A stretch of 63,782 nt of DNA, counting the filler, from Octopus bimaculoides (Eukaryota), in NCBI RefSeq assembly GCF_001194135.2. It is 7 parts of 6 records of this genome, joined end to end, with 100 filler letters (N's around TTAATTAATTAA, not from the genome) between each part and the next. Parts side by side here need not be neighbours in the genome. Positions count along the whole stretch, not along the records: positions 51,278 to 58,803 come from NC_068984.1; positions 58,904 to 61,094 come from NC_069004.1; positions 61,195 to 63,782 come from NC_068987.1; 4 more parts are not named here. One strand, given 5' to 3'. The notes under the pieces were generated by a model. The model saw only the letters and a program-made list of their open reading frames with translations, did no database searches and was not told the DNA's origin. This document shows positions 52,750 to 63,782 of this stretch, piece by piece. Positions within the stretch are counted from its first letter, which is position 1, and every line of letters starts with the position of its first letter. Both the position numbers and the translations under genes were made by a program.

Positions 52750-52950
52750 AGACAGTGAGAGGGCAAGACTCGTTTGCGCGGCAGGTAAAATGCTTAGCTT
52801 GCATTTCTTAAGGTTTTCAGTTCTGAGTGCAAATTCCGGCAAGGTTGACATTGATTTTTATCTTTTCAGGCTCAATAAAATAAGTATCAGTTTGAGTACT
52901 GGATCCGATGTAAATGACCGGCCCTACCCCAACCAAATTTCAGGCTCAGT
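52750..52950 (+). mobile_element. SINE family B, diverged
   Basis: AAAATGCTTAGC..TTCTGAGTGCAAATTCC..AATAAAATAAGTA..AAATTTCAGGC. Confidence 0.7.
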
Positions 52951-52970
52951 TCCAATCGGGTTGAACGGAT

Positions 52971-53370
52971 TTTTACCTTCGCCTTAGGTAGTGTTTGTTT
53001 TGTCTGTAGACAAGATATCTCAAGAACCGCTGGATGAATTCGGATGGAACTGTCAGGGATATTTGGCCTCGGGACTGGCACGCACTTATTAGAAATTTGG
53101 GATCGATCCGGTGCCGGACATGGATTCTGGATTATTTTTCCGGGTTTTTTTTTAAACTTAATTTTTGAGAGCGGTCGGGTTCCTTTTTAGTATTCTCGTT
53201 TGTGAGAGCAGCTGAGCTTATTTCAGATATTCTCATTTTAAAAATCATCTCTGGCTAATCATTGNNNNNNNNNNCAGATATTCTCATTTTAAAAATCATC
53301 TCTGGCTAATCATTGAGAGGACGTTGGTGTTGCCCTGGCGGAGGTTTGCGCTCTCCGAGTGCTCTTGTTT
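52971..53370 (+). mobile_element. Helentron/DINE-1-like non-autonomous element
   Basis: 5' TTTTACCTTCGCC and 3' GGCGGAGGT (53337-45) sub-terminal inverted repeats; 3' hairpin GCGCTC-TCC-GAGTGC (53348-62); T-rich ends; second copy at 55575. Confidence 0.7.
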
Positions 53371-53746
53371 ATAATTAATTTTAGATTAAATAATATAAAC
53401 GCCAGAGATGTCTATTAGTCGATTCGAGTTTGCATTATATACTAAAGAGTAACACACGTAGTATGTATGTTGTAGGGACTAGATAATATGTTGTATTTGT
53501 AACTTTTCTTACTCCGAAGTTTTCCTCACTTTATCTTCATTGTCACCCTTTATAGCTAAATAGATATTTATATTAAATTATTTATAGTATGTGTGAATGT
53601 AAATAGACGACTAATTCAATATCAGGGTTTTTAAACACGATCATAATGTTCATCAGGGTACGTAAACCAGCTCCAAGCATATCTTATGCAACGTAGCTTA
53701 CAGAAACAGCTCAAGCGGCCTCCAAATGAATCAAACAAAGTCGAAA

Positions 53747-54114
53747 GCAGGAATGGTTGTGTGTTAAGAAGCTTGCTTCCCAACCACATGATTCCAGCTT
53801 AAGTCCCACTGTATGACACCTTGGGCAAGTGTCTCTACTATAGCCTCGGACCGACCAAAGCCTCTTAAGTGGATTTGGTAGACGGAAACTGAAAGAAGCC
53901 CGTCGTATATATATATATATACACATATGTATATATGTAAGCATTTGTGTGTCTGTATTTGTCCCCCCCCCCCCCCCGCCCCATCACTTGACAACGGATG
54001 CTGGTGTGTTTACATCCCCGTAACTTAGCGGTTCGGCAGAAGACACCGATTTGTTCGACTAAAGGTGGTGCTCCAGCATGACCGCAGTCAAATGACTGAA
54101 ACAAGTAAAAGAAT
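53747..54114 (+). mobile_element. SINE family A (CORE-like), near full length
   Basis: tRNA-like head, CACCTTGGGCAAGTGTC CORE-like block, GGATTTGGTAGACGGAAACTGAAAGAAGCCCGTCG, microsatellite, family A tail. Confidence 0.9.
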
Positions 54115-55010
54115 ACAGCAGCAGGAAGCTCCATGGTAGACTTTCTTAGTACCCAATTATATGGCAGGAAATATAGCAAATATATTGTCTCAGTTCATCT
54201 CGCAAGCTGGTTGCCAAGAACAGGTATCAGGGTCGATAAAGCTTACCTTAATTCCGTACTCTACCCTCAGATCCAACAAGCAGTAGATCAATTTGGTTTA
54301 ATCTCAAACCACAGTTCACAGCAATCTGTCCAAGTAACTGGTAGGAATATATATCAGAGCCATCTGGTTTAGTCACACATTTTAGAGGCAACGATTAGTT
54401 CATTGAACTATTAGGAATACATATCTGATCAATTTGGCTTAGCCATACTTCTGTCAGAAATAGCTTTCCAGGACAATCTCATTCAGCTTCAGTAGCCACT
54501 AATCATCTCGAGCATACATCTAGATGTATGCATAAGAGTGGATGGTGGTAGTGCGCGCACGCGAATTTGCATTCATCGAATATCTCTTTTTTTAAGGGTT
54601 TCAACTTACATTTGCCAGGAGAGAGTCTGAACAAAATTTTTACTATCGTATTTCATAGCATAAAAAAAGCACTTGGGAAATTAGACGAAGACTCATTCCA
54701 GTATTGCATATTCAGTAAAAGAAAAAAAAAAAAAAAACAAGCAAAAAAAGAAAAAAACACATTTTTGTACATCAAAACTTATGAGAGGCTAACTTTGCAT
54801 ATAGGGCCCGAGGTAACACTATTTTATGCTTTTTCAAGAATTGGCTTTTTGTTTTTGTTTGGTAAAACGTTTGTGCTATATCCCATCAACTTTGGTACCT
54901 CGTTAAGACATTATTTCTCAGCGAAATATAAAACTACTTGCTACGTTTCTCTTTGTCAGTACCAAACTGCTTTATATATCTACTACTCGTGGCCGATCGT
55001 CGGTATTATA

Positions 55011-55238
55011 TTGGGTTGTCCGGAAAGTTCGTGCCGATTTATAATAGCTTACCTTTTGACTTATTTGCCATGAAACCACCTCAATTCTGGGAAGAGAGTA
55101 TTTTCAAGTTAAAGGAAAGATGGAGACGCATTGTGCAACAAAATGGTTCATATTTGGTTGATTAAAAATGTAATAGCAAGTATTTATTGACCTTTTTCTT
55201 TCCTTTAAAAATCGGTACGAACTTTCCGGACAACCCAG
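55011..55238 (+). mobile_element. Mariner MITE (228 bp) retaining the transposase C-terminus
   Basis: 30-bp TIRs TTGGGTTGTCCGGAAAGTTCGTGCCGATTT with 2 mismatches, TA on both sides; internal FWEESIFKLKERWRRIVQQNGSYLVD*. Confidence 0.92.
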
Positions 55239-55574
55239 TACATATGGCACAGTGGCAGAATGAGATTCTAATTCTTATGAAACCACAGCTATATGGCGAT
55301 AGAGCAAACAGTTTCTTAAGCACTCTAAGATGTCCTCCGATGGTACTATTACATAAATATTACATATTTTCATTATACAAACTTCACCGTTTTTTTCATT
55401 CACAGAGACATTAGCCAAACTATCAACTGTCCTAAGCACATTAATTTACACGATTTATAGGCGTGTGCATTTGCCACATACGCACATGCACACGTGCGCA
55501 TACACACATACACACATACGCTCACACAATAGTAACTGCTGATTTTTATTGATTGTATAGCAGATAAGAAATTA

Positions 55575-55820
55575 TTATTACCTCCGCCTTCGCCGCCTTA
55601 GCGAAGGCGGAGGTATTGTTTTCAGTTGCGTTTGTTTGTTTGTTTTTTTGACCGTCGACAAGATATCTTAAGAACAGTTAGATGGATTCGGATGAAATTT
55701 TCAGAAATGTTTGGCCTCGTGACTGGCACTAACTGATTAGATTTTGGGATCGATGCGATACCGGATAAGGATTCTGGATTATTTTTCCGTTTTTTTTTTC
55801 ACTTAATTTTTGAGAGCTGT
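55575..55820 (+). mobile_element. Helentron/DINE-1-like element, 5' part
   Basis: Perfect 15-bp hairpin TACCTCCGCCTTCGC/GCGAAGGCGGAGGTA (55579-55615); body homologous to 53000-53170. Confidence 0.75.
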
Positions 55821-55827
55821 CTTCATG

Positions 55828-56195
55828 TTCTAAGTTCAAATTCCGCCAAGGTCGACTTTGCCTTTTATCCTTTCCGAGTCGATAAAATAAGTGCCAGATG
55901 AACACTGGGATTGATGTAATCGACTTTCATCCTCCAACAAAATTGCTGGCCTTGTGCTCAAATTTGAAACCAATATATGTCTGTCGTATGAGGCGGTGAA
56001 TAGGTAGAGTCGTTACCGCGCAGGAAAACTGCTTAGCGGCATTTCGTCTCACTTTATGCTCTGAGTTCAAATTCTGCCACGGTCAATTTTGACTTTCGTC
56101 CTTTCGGGATTGATGAAATAAGGACCAAGTTGAACAGTTGAGTATACATAATCGCCTTTATCTGAAATTGCTGACCTTGAGCCAAAACTTGAAAC
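55828..56195 (+). mobile_element. Two SINE family B copies (55828-55975 partial, 55990-56195)
   Basis: GTTCAAATTCCGCCAAGGTCGACTTTGCCTTTTATCCTTTCCGAGTCGATAAAATAAG.. and a second diverged copy. Confidence 0.8.
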
Positions 56196-56439
56196 TAGTG
56201 TATATGTTCTGAATTTTACTCCATATCTGAGGCGAGATACGAACTCACCACACTCTTTTCAAAGGATATAGACCCCTTATCATTGTGCCATAATGTCTCC
56301 TCAGTGAAATGCTTGACGTGTTTTACACTTCATCTCTCCATTTTCGTTCCGCCCCATCCACTCCTACATTCTCTCGCCCCTCCTCCCGCCCCCGCTGACA
56401 GACATATTTATTACCTTGAAGTATTTTTCTTGCTGGTGT

Positions 56440-56803
56440 TACATTTTTTATCGTTGTTGTTGTTGTTCTTCTTCTTCTTCTTTTTCGTGTTCTTGTTCCT
56501 CTCCGCCTCCTCCTCATCATCATCATTAAATTCCTAAACAACAAGTACGAAGTAAACAACAGCACGAAGAAGAAGGAGGAGGGGAGGAGGACGACGACGA
56601 TGATGAAGACGACAAGGGCTGAAGGTTTTAATACTGGTAAGTATTAAGATGAAGACGATGGTGGAACTTATAATGCTTCTGCTGTTGCTGCTGCTGCAAC
56701 TGATGATGATGATGATAATGAGGAGGAGGAGGAGGGGGAAGGAGATGAGGGATATGATGATAGTCATGATGATGGTGATGGTGATGGTGATGATGACGAT
56801 GAC

Positions 56804-56835
<32 letters not shown>

Positions 56836-56842
56836 CGATGAC

Positions 56843-56891
<49 letters not shown>

Positions 56892-57175
56892 GGCGATGTT
56901 GTTATCATCGAGTCTGATTATCACAATCCAGAATCCTCTTTTTTTTTTTTAAGAATGTTCCGTATCACAGCAAAATCTAATTCACTCTGAGCAGTCCTAA
57001 TACATATCTCTCTTCTTGTTTTATACAACTACAGCACCACCACCACCACCACCACCACCACCAAAACCGCTATGCTACAACAGCAACAAGCAGCGTGGCA
57101 TCCCTATCACAACTCCGCTGCCATCATCATATGGCACTATCCCTCCTACCATGACATCACCAGTACCACTATGAN
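56440..57175. repeat. Compound trinucleotide low-complexity tract (GTT/CTT/GAG/GAT/GAC/CAC)n
   Basis: Read directly; produces the poly-M/H/I ORFs. Confidence 0.9.
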
Positions 57176-57811
57176 NNNNNNNNNNNNNNNNNNNNNNNNN
57201 NNNNNNNNNNNNNNNNNNNNNNNNNNNNNNNNNNNNNNNNNNNNNNNNNNNNNNNNNNNNNNNNNNNNNNNNNNNNNNNNNNNNNNNNNNNNNNNNNNNN
57301 NNNNNNNNNNNNNNNNNNNNNNNNNNNNNNNNNNNNNNNNNNNNNNNNNNNNNNNNNNNNNNNNNNNNNNNNNNNNNNNNNNNNNNNNNNNNNNNNNNNN
57401 NNNNNNNNNNNNNNNNNNNNNNNNNNNNNNNNNNNNNNNNNNNNNNNNNNNNNNNNNNNNNNNNNNNNNNNNNNNNNNNNNNNNNNNNNNNNNNNNNNNN
57501 NNNNNNNNNNNNNNNNNNNNNNNNNNNNNNNNNNNNNNNNNNNNNNNNNNNNNNNNNNNNNNNNNNNNNNNNNNNNNNNNNNNNNNNNNNNNNNNNNNNN
57601 NNNNNNNNNNNNNNNNNNNNNNNNNNNNNNNNNNNNNNNNNNNNNNNNNNNNNNNNNNNNNNNNNNNNNNNNNNNNNNNNNNNNNNNNNNNNNNNNNNNN
57701 NNNNNNNNNNNNNNNNNNNNNNNNNNNNNNNNNNNNNNNNNNNNNNNNNNNNNNNNNNNNNNNNNNNNNNNNNNNNNNNNNNNNNNNNNNNNNNNNNNNN
57801 NNNNNNNNNNN

Positions 57812-57970
57812 TCTGACAACCGTTGTTGGTGTGTTTACATCCCCCGTAACTTTGCGGTTCGGCAAATTAATTGATAGAATAAGTACTGCAGTTGATTCAT
57901 TTGTCTAAGGATATTTTAAAGCGGTACCCCAGCATGGCCGCAGTGCAATGACTGAAACAAGTAAAAGATA
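57812..57970 (+). mobile_element. SINE family A, 3' half
   Basis: GACAACCGTTGTTGGTGTGTTTACATCCCCGTAACTTTGCGGTTCGGC..CCAGCATGGCCGCAGT..ACTGAAACAAGTAAAAGA. Confidence 0.85.
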
Positions 57971-58963
57971 AAATATGCAGATGTGTTTTTTTTTTTAATT
58001 TAGAGATCAGGTTTTGACAACAACTACATTATTCAACGAGTCCTTTAAAAAATAAACAATAGGACGTGATAAGTTATATTCTGTTATTTTTTCTTTCTCA
58101 TAACCCTGCTATTTTTTAAAAAGTTAAGCGATCATACACCTTGCAGCTAAAGTTTTGTATTATACTAGTAAGAGAGCATTTTTCAACAACGTGTCTATTC
58201 ATTTTTGATACATAGTACGTTATGGCAGATTTGAACATGAACGTCTGATTTTTAGTATTTTGCGTCATCGGAGAACACCCACTCCACTCAGACGATGTGC
58301 GTTCATATTACACGCGATCCACCGTTGTAAGGGGACTGTGAGAAACCGTAGTCTTTTGAACTCGTTCTGTGTCTCCTCAGTTAACGCTATGCCAGCACGT
58401 ATCTTCAAATAATTTGTTTACTGATTTCTATAAACATGATCACGCGCATTTGTCGGATTCGTTGGTTCTGCAGAGTGATTTTGATTGAGGAGACGCACAA
58501 CGAGGTCAAGACAACACACGGTCCCAACGTTCCCTTGCACCAGTGAATTGTATGTTTTAAACACACATCATGTAAAGGCAGGTGCTGTTCTCCGGTGACG
58601 AAAGACAACAGCGATCAGATATTCACGGTCAAATCTACCTTAATGTATTAAGCATGACTATGCTACTGTTTGGATACAATCCATGAATTAATATCGTGTT
58701 TTTCTTTTTTCCTTCGCTCCCTTCTATTTTCTTTTCTTACCTCTTGTTTTTTTTTTTATTTTTTATATATTCTTCATTATTTTTTTTTTTATTATGCTTG
58801 TGGNNNNNNNNNNNNNNNNNNNNNNNNNNNNNNNNNNNNNNNNNNNNTTAATTAATTAANNNNNNNNNNNNNNNNNNNNNNNNNNNNNNNNNNNNNNNNN
58901 NNNTATATATATATACACACACATACACACACACACATATATATATAAATGGATATACACATA

Positions 58964-59006
<43 letters not shown>

Positions 59007-59094
59007 ATCTTTGTGTTTGTGCTTGTTCCCTCACTCCCACCATGAAGATAGTTTAATGGACTTCTTGCATTTCTGTGACTGTTATGCTAGAAAC

Positions 59095-59680
59095 TATGGC
59101 TTTAAGTCCAACTGATTTAACGTCTAGTTTTTTTGATTTTTGGACACAAAAGTCAAGTTTTCTGGATGCAGAATAGTGACAGAGTTATTTTGCAGGCTCA
59201 CGTCATCCCACATTTATCTCCACCGCCGCTCCGATCATCCACATCATATTATTCGATCAAATCCGAAATCCCAATTTTTTAGGATAAAACGGATTTGTAC
59301 TGATATAGGGGATTACTGGAAACATGCAAATGCTTTTGTACATCATTATGTCAAACGCGGTTACAGTGAATCACGATTAAAGGAAATAGCAAATGAAATA
59401 GCTAAGATTAGCGAAGATAGTCAAACCTTCACGCATAATTTTAGCAAACACAATACAATAGATAACAGAATTCCTTTAGTGATTAACTGGCACCGACTTC
59501 GCTGGCATTTCAAAAGTGTTGCAGTAGTGGCTGTGTGGTAAAGAGCTTGCTTACCAACCACATGGTTCCGGGTTCAGTCCCACTGCATGGCACCTTGGGC
59601 AAGTGTCTTCTACTATAGCCTCGGACCAACCAAAGCCTTGTGAGTGGATTTGGTAGACGGAAACTGAAAGAAGCCCGTCG

Positions 59681-59719
<39 letters not shown>

Positions 59720-60510
59720 CTGTGTCTATGTTTCTTTGTTAGTATTTGTCTCCCCACCATCGCGTGACAACCGATGCTGGTGTGTTTACGTGCCTGTAAC
59801 TTAGCGGTTCGGCAAAAGAGACCGATATAATAAGTACTAGGCTTACAAAAAATAAGTCCTGGGGTCAATTTGTTCGACTAAAGGTGGTGCTCCAGCATGG
59901 CCGCAGTCAAATGACTGAAACAAATAAAAGAATAAAAGAAAGTTACCTGCATGTGGCGACAAAATATCCTCGTTTCAAACAGATATTTCCTCAGCCGCCT
60001 ATTGTAGCCTTTAGATGGAATAAGAATATAAGAGGATTATTGATCTCTATTTCTGACTCCAAGAAAACGAACAGTGGGGCATCTGCACGCTGTACCTTGA
60101 AACAGAGGCGAGAGAGGTAGGCCTTGTTCATTGTGCAACAACATGAGTCAAGTGAATTCCATCAGGAATCATAACAGAAATGTTATGATTTATACAGAAT
60201 GCACGAAACACAACTTGATTTATGTTGGTTGTACAACAGAACAATTAAACAAAAGGTTTAATGGGCATTGATTCGACGTCAGACACAATAACAGACGTTC
60301 GACAGAACTTGCTGAACATTTTGTTTCAAGCGGCTGCAATTTTAAAAAAGATTTGAAAGTGCATATTCTCAGAAAATATTCTGAATCTGCTTCGCTTTCG
60401 CTTCTCAGAATGCATGAGGAGAAATATGTTTGCGGGTTATTAACATCACGCCCTGGAGGAATGAATAAAATAACAGGAAAATATCATCAAATTTATACAA
60501 AACTTTGATT
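59095..60510 (+). mobile_element. Penelope-like retroelement relic (RT C-terminus and GIY-YIG), split by a SINE
   Basis: SHIYLHRRSDHPHHIIRSNPKSQFFRIKRIC (RT thumb), RIPLVINWH; after the SINE KQIFPQPPIVAFRWNKNIRGLL, then C.KHNLIYVGCTTEQLNKRFNGH and ELAEHF..LLTSRPGGMNK (GIY-YIG). Confidence 0.9.
59523..59940 (+). mobile_element. SINE family A (CORE-like), full length, nested in the Penelope ORF
   Basis: Complete head, CORE-like block, (TG)n and tail; the Penelope frame resumes after it. Confidence 0.93.
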
Positions 60511-60734
60511 ATATATTCTTTTTCTCTTTTTCTTTCCTTTTTTTCTGTCTTCTTTTTCTGTCTTTTTCTTTTCGACTGTTATAAAATTGAAACTTAAAAA
60601 CTGATGATGTCATTCGATTAACATATGGATGCTCGTTGCTCTCGTTCAACCAATAAAATATCTATTACAATCGAATCGCAGTCTTCGCCTTGACTAATAA
60701 TAATAATAATAATAATAATAATAGTCCTTTATAT

Positions 60735-60935
60735 TATAGGCACAATGCCTGAAATTTAGGGGAGAGTTAGTTGATCGCATCGAACCCAGAGCGTAACAGG
60801 TACTTGTTTAATCGACCCCGGAAGGATGAAAGGCGAAGTCGACTTCGGCAGAGTTTGAGCTCAGAATGTAGCGGCAGACGAAATACCGCTAAGCATTTCG
60901 CCCGGCGTGCTAATGTTTCTGCCAGCTCCCCGCCT
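60735..60935 (-). mobile_element. SINE family B
   Basis: ATCGACCCCGGAAGGATGAAAGGCGAAGTCGAC..AAATACCGCTAAGCATTTCGCCCGGCGTGCTAA..TCTGCCAGCTCCCCGCC. Confidence 0.9.
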
Positions 60936-61194
60936 TAATTATTATTATTATTATTATTCAGTAGTTTTATTTTTATAACGTGCTTTCACTTCACTACCGA
61001 GCGCAGCTCTGTGCGCCTTGGGTATGTGCTGTGGTTTGCTGTGGTGCTCTTATGTTTACTGTATTGAAAGTGTTTTGCGTAGAATGTGTGCAGTNNNNNN
61101 NNNNNNNNNNNNNNNNNNNNNNNNNNNNNNNNNNNNNNTTAATTAATTAANNNNNNNNNNNNNNNNNNNNNNNNNNNNNNNNNNNNNNNNNNNN

Positions 61195-61238
<44 letters not shown>

Positions 61239-62080
61239 CACACACACACACACATACACCCACACACAGAAATGTGTGTGGGTGTATTTATGTATGTATA
61301 TATATATACATATTATTTTTTATCCGTTATTTTTTTTTTTATATATATATTTATCTACTTATGCTGATTCAGTCTTTTAGTCAATGTACTGACCAAATTT
61401 CTTTCCTTCTCTATTTTTTTCACTCTATTTCCTCCTCCCTGTTTTCCTTTTTTCCTCTCTAATTATTCATCTCTACTTTTTTCTTTTTCTCTCTCTCTGA
61501 TATTTTTATTTATTTCAATTTCATTTAACTTATTCAGATCTATATTTCTTTTTCTTTTTCTTCCACATCCTTCTCCGCTTTTACCATAAATAAATGGTGC
61601 TAAATTTACGATTCTATAGAACAATAGTTTTATTGTCAACACCAGCAACCACTTTTGAACTTGTGTTGATTGAGTTAAATGTCTAATCGGCGCCAACTGT
61701 CTGCAATTTTGGATTGGAACTGCTTTCTCTGCCTTTGTGTCCAAGATTGTTGTGTTTAATAAATCTTATTATATGTAGCTAACATTATATTATAAACTCT
61801 TCCAGCTTTCTACCCTTTGTGACCAACAGCTGTGGCACACACCCACTCTTAAACTACTTAAATATTGATATTCTGATTTGAAATTTCCCTTGGTGATAAC
61901 TCAGTAGGTTATTCAACAAGTCATTGTTCACTTGTTTTAACATGATTGCCTGATGAATTTGGGAGTAATATAATGTATTGCATAATCTAAATACTTGTGT
62001 TATGCTTGTGTTAAAATAAAAACTCCTTACGAAACAATTGTAGTAACACTGAAAACACGTTCGTCTGTTTATACATATAT

Positions 62081-62291
62081 CTTTTAGCTTTTTCTTGTTT
62101 CAGTTATCAGACTGTGGCCATGCTGGGGCACTACCTTGAAGAATTTTAGTTGGATGAATTGACCCCAGTACTTTTATTTCTTTTTAAAGCCTGGCATTGG
62201 TCTCTTCTTGTCAACTGGTCAACTGTTATGTTATGGAAACACAAATACAACAACATCCATTATAGAGTAGTTGTGAAGGACAAACACAGAT

Positions 62292-62349
<58 letters not shown>

Positions 62350-62379
62350 NNNNNNNNNNNNNNNAGGACAAACACAGAT

Positions 62380-62438
<59 letters not shown>

Positions 62439-62731
62439 GCACTTCTTTCAGTTTCCATTGACTAAATCCAATCACGAGGCTTTACTCTTTTACTTGTTTC
62501 AATCATTTGACTGTGGCCATGCTGGAGCACCGTCTTTATAGTCGAGCAAATCAACCCCAGAGATTATTCTTTGTAAGCCTAGTATTTATTCTATCAGTCA
62601 CTTTTGCTGAACCGCTAAGTTACAGGGATGCAAACACACCAGCATCGGTTGTCAAGCGATGCTGTGGGGGGGGGGGACTAACAGACACACAAACATACAC
62701 ACACACACACANNNNNNNNNNNNNNNNACAT

Positions 62732-62778
<47 letters not shown>

Positions 62779-63058
62779 TACACATATAGGACGGGCTTCT
62801 TTCAGTTTCCATCTACCAAATCTCTGTGTGTGTGTGTGTGTGTATGTGTGTGCGTGTGTTTGTGTGTCTGTGTTTGTCCCCCCATCATCGCTTCACAACC
62901 GATGCTGGTGTTTTTAAGTCCCCGTAACCTAGTGGTTCGGCCAAAGAGACCGATAGAATAAGTACTAGGCTTACAAAGAATAAGTCCTGGGGTCGATTGC
63001 TCGACTAAAGGCGGTGCTCCAGCATGGGCACAGTCAAATGACTGAAAGAAGTAAAAGA
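62081..63058. mobile_element. Cluster of three SINE family A copies: 62081-62482 (-), 62483-62823 (-), 62826-63058 (+)
   Basis: Family A tail on - twice and on + once; CORE-like block CTTCTTTCAGTTTCC at 62443 and 62797. Confidence 0.88.
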
Positions 63059-63782
63059 GTAATCATTGAGGTGTTACTTATGAACAGAGGATTGCTACTA
63101 CGAAATAGCAATTCAAAATGAATATCTACCTCAAGAAATGTATCACAAAATGGCCTGTGAACTTGTTTATAGTTTAAACTGAAGTTATGGTTACTTTATG
63201 ACAGTTTCTAAAGGTAAAAATCCCTTGAAACAGTTATTATCCTGCATATAAACACTAAGTACTTCACTTCTTTGCTCTCAATCCCTAAACTATTAATGTC
63301 CTAAGAAGAAAAAAAAGAATCACACATTTCATGAATTCTATCTAGAGTTAATTATCTTTTAATTATCTCTTACTTTGATATCACATTTCATAAAATGTTA
63401 AATTAATTAATCACAGATTACATCATACTGATGGTTTCTAAACAGAATGAAATAGTACTATACATGATACCAACAACTGGAAATTTAAAGAACAAAAATA
63501 AAAAAGGTAAACATAAAAAGAGTTACATATGTGAATTCCATTCATCTTTTCCCTTATAATTCTTTACTTTCCAGTTAAAATCCTACTAAATATTATGATT
63601 ATATATATTTTGAAATAACTGCCCCACAAGTGAAACGACACGTGTGTATGTGCATATGTATACACATACACACACACATGCATATAAGGATATATATATA
63701 TTTATACACACATATATATATATACTTATAAACATATATTCACATATAAATATATATACACATACATACACAAAATTGTATA

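Noticed and set aside
53225-53315. Exact 40-bp direct repeat across a 10-N gap (similar case at 62276-62435)
   Set aside because: Typical unmerged contig overlap, so an assembly artefact.
54120-54520. Short recurring GATCAATTTGG(T/C)TTA motif with protein-like fragments
   Set aside because: Irregular spacing, stops in all frames, and no recognisable family.
1396-63771. Most ORFs in the supplied track (YIYI, HTHT, LSLS, CVCV, poly-X, poly-Q/E/H/M)
   Set aside because: They are translations of dinucleotide/trinucleotide microsatellites or N-gaps, not genes.

Overview
AT-rich, microsatellite-dense animal genomic DNA from a gapped draft assembly. The SINE families and the (AT)n/(GT)n/(GATA)n load look like an octopus (coleoid cephalopod) genome; this is inferred from recalled repeat families, not from a database search. 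No host gene can be called with confidence, and almost all supplied ORFs are microsatellite or N-gap translations. What can be supported is a nested mobile-element landscape: three tRNA-derived SINE families (~25 copies), a 5'-truncated RTE/BovB-type LINE fused to a SINE head, an L1/Tx1-type LINE 3' end, two Penelope-like (RT + GIY-YIG) relics, a Helitron deletion derivative with both termini, Helentron/DINE-like elements, mariner relics and MITEs, an hAT MITE with a perfect 8-bp TSD, and a fold-back ~540-bp satellite. The most interesting signal is an apparently intact minimal type I hammerhead ribozyme at 43314-43398 (+). It has a CUGAUGA/GAAA core, a 15-bp stem II, a self-complementary stem III and an AUA cleavage triplet, and no adjacent Penelope ORF. 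Four weaker, degenerate or permuted hammerhead-like motifs lie near 4.1, 31.2, 41.8 and 60.6 kb, one directly downstream of a Penelope ORF. Together they suggest a Penelope/retrozyme-like ribozyme repeat system in this genome, which remains a hypothesis.
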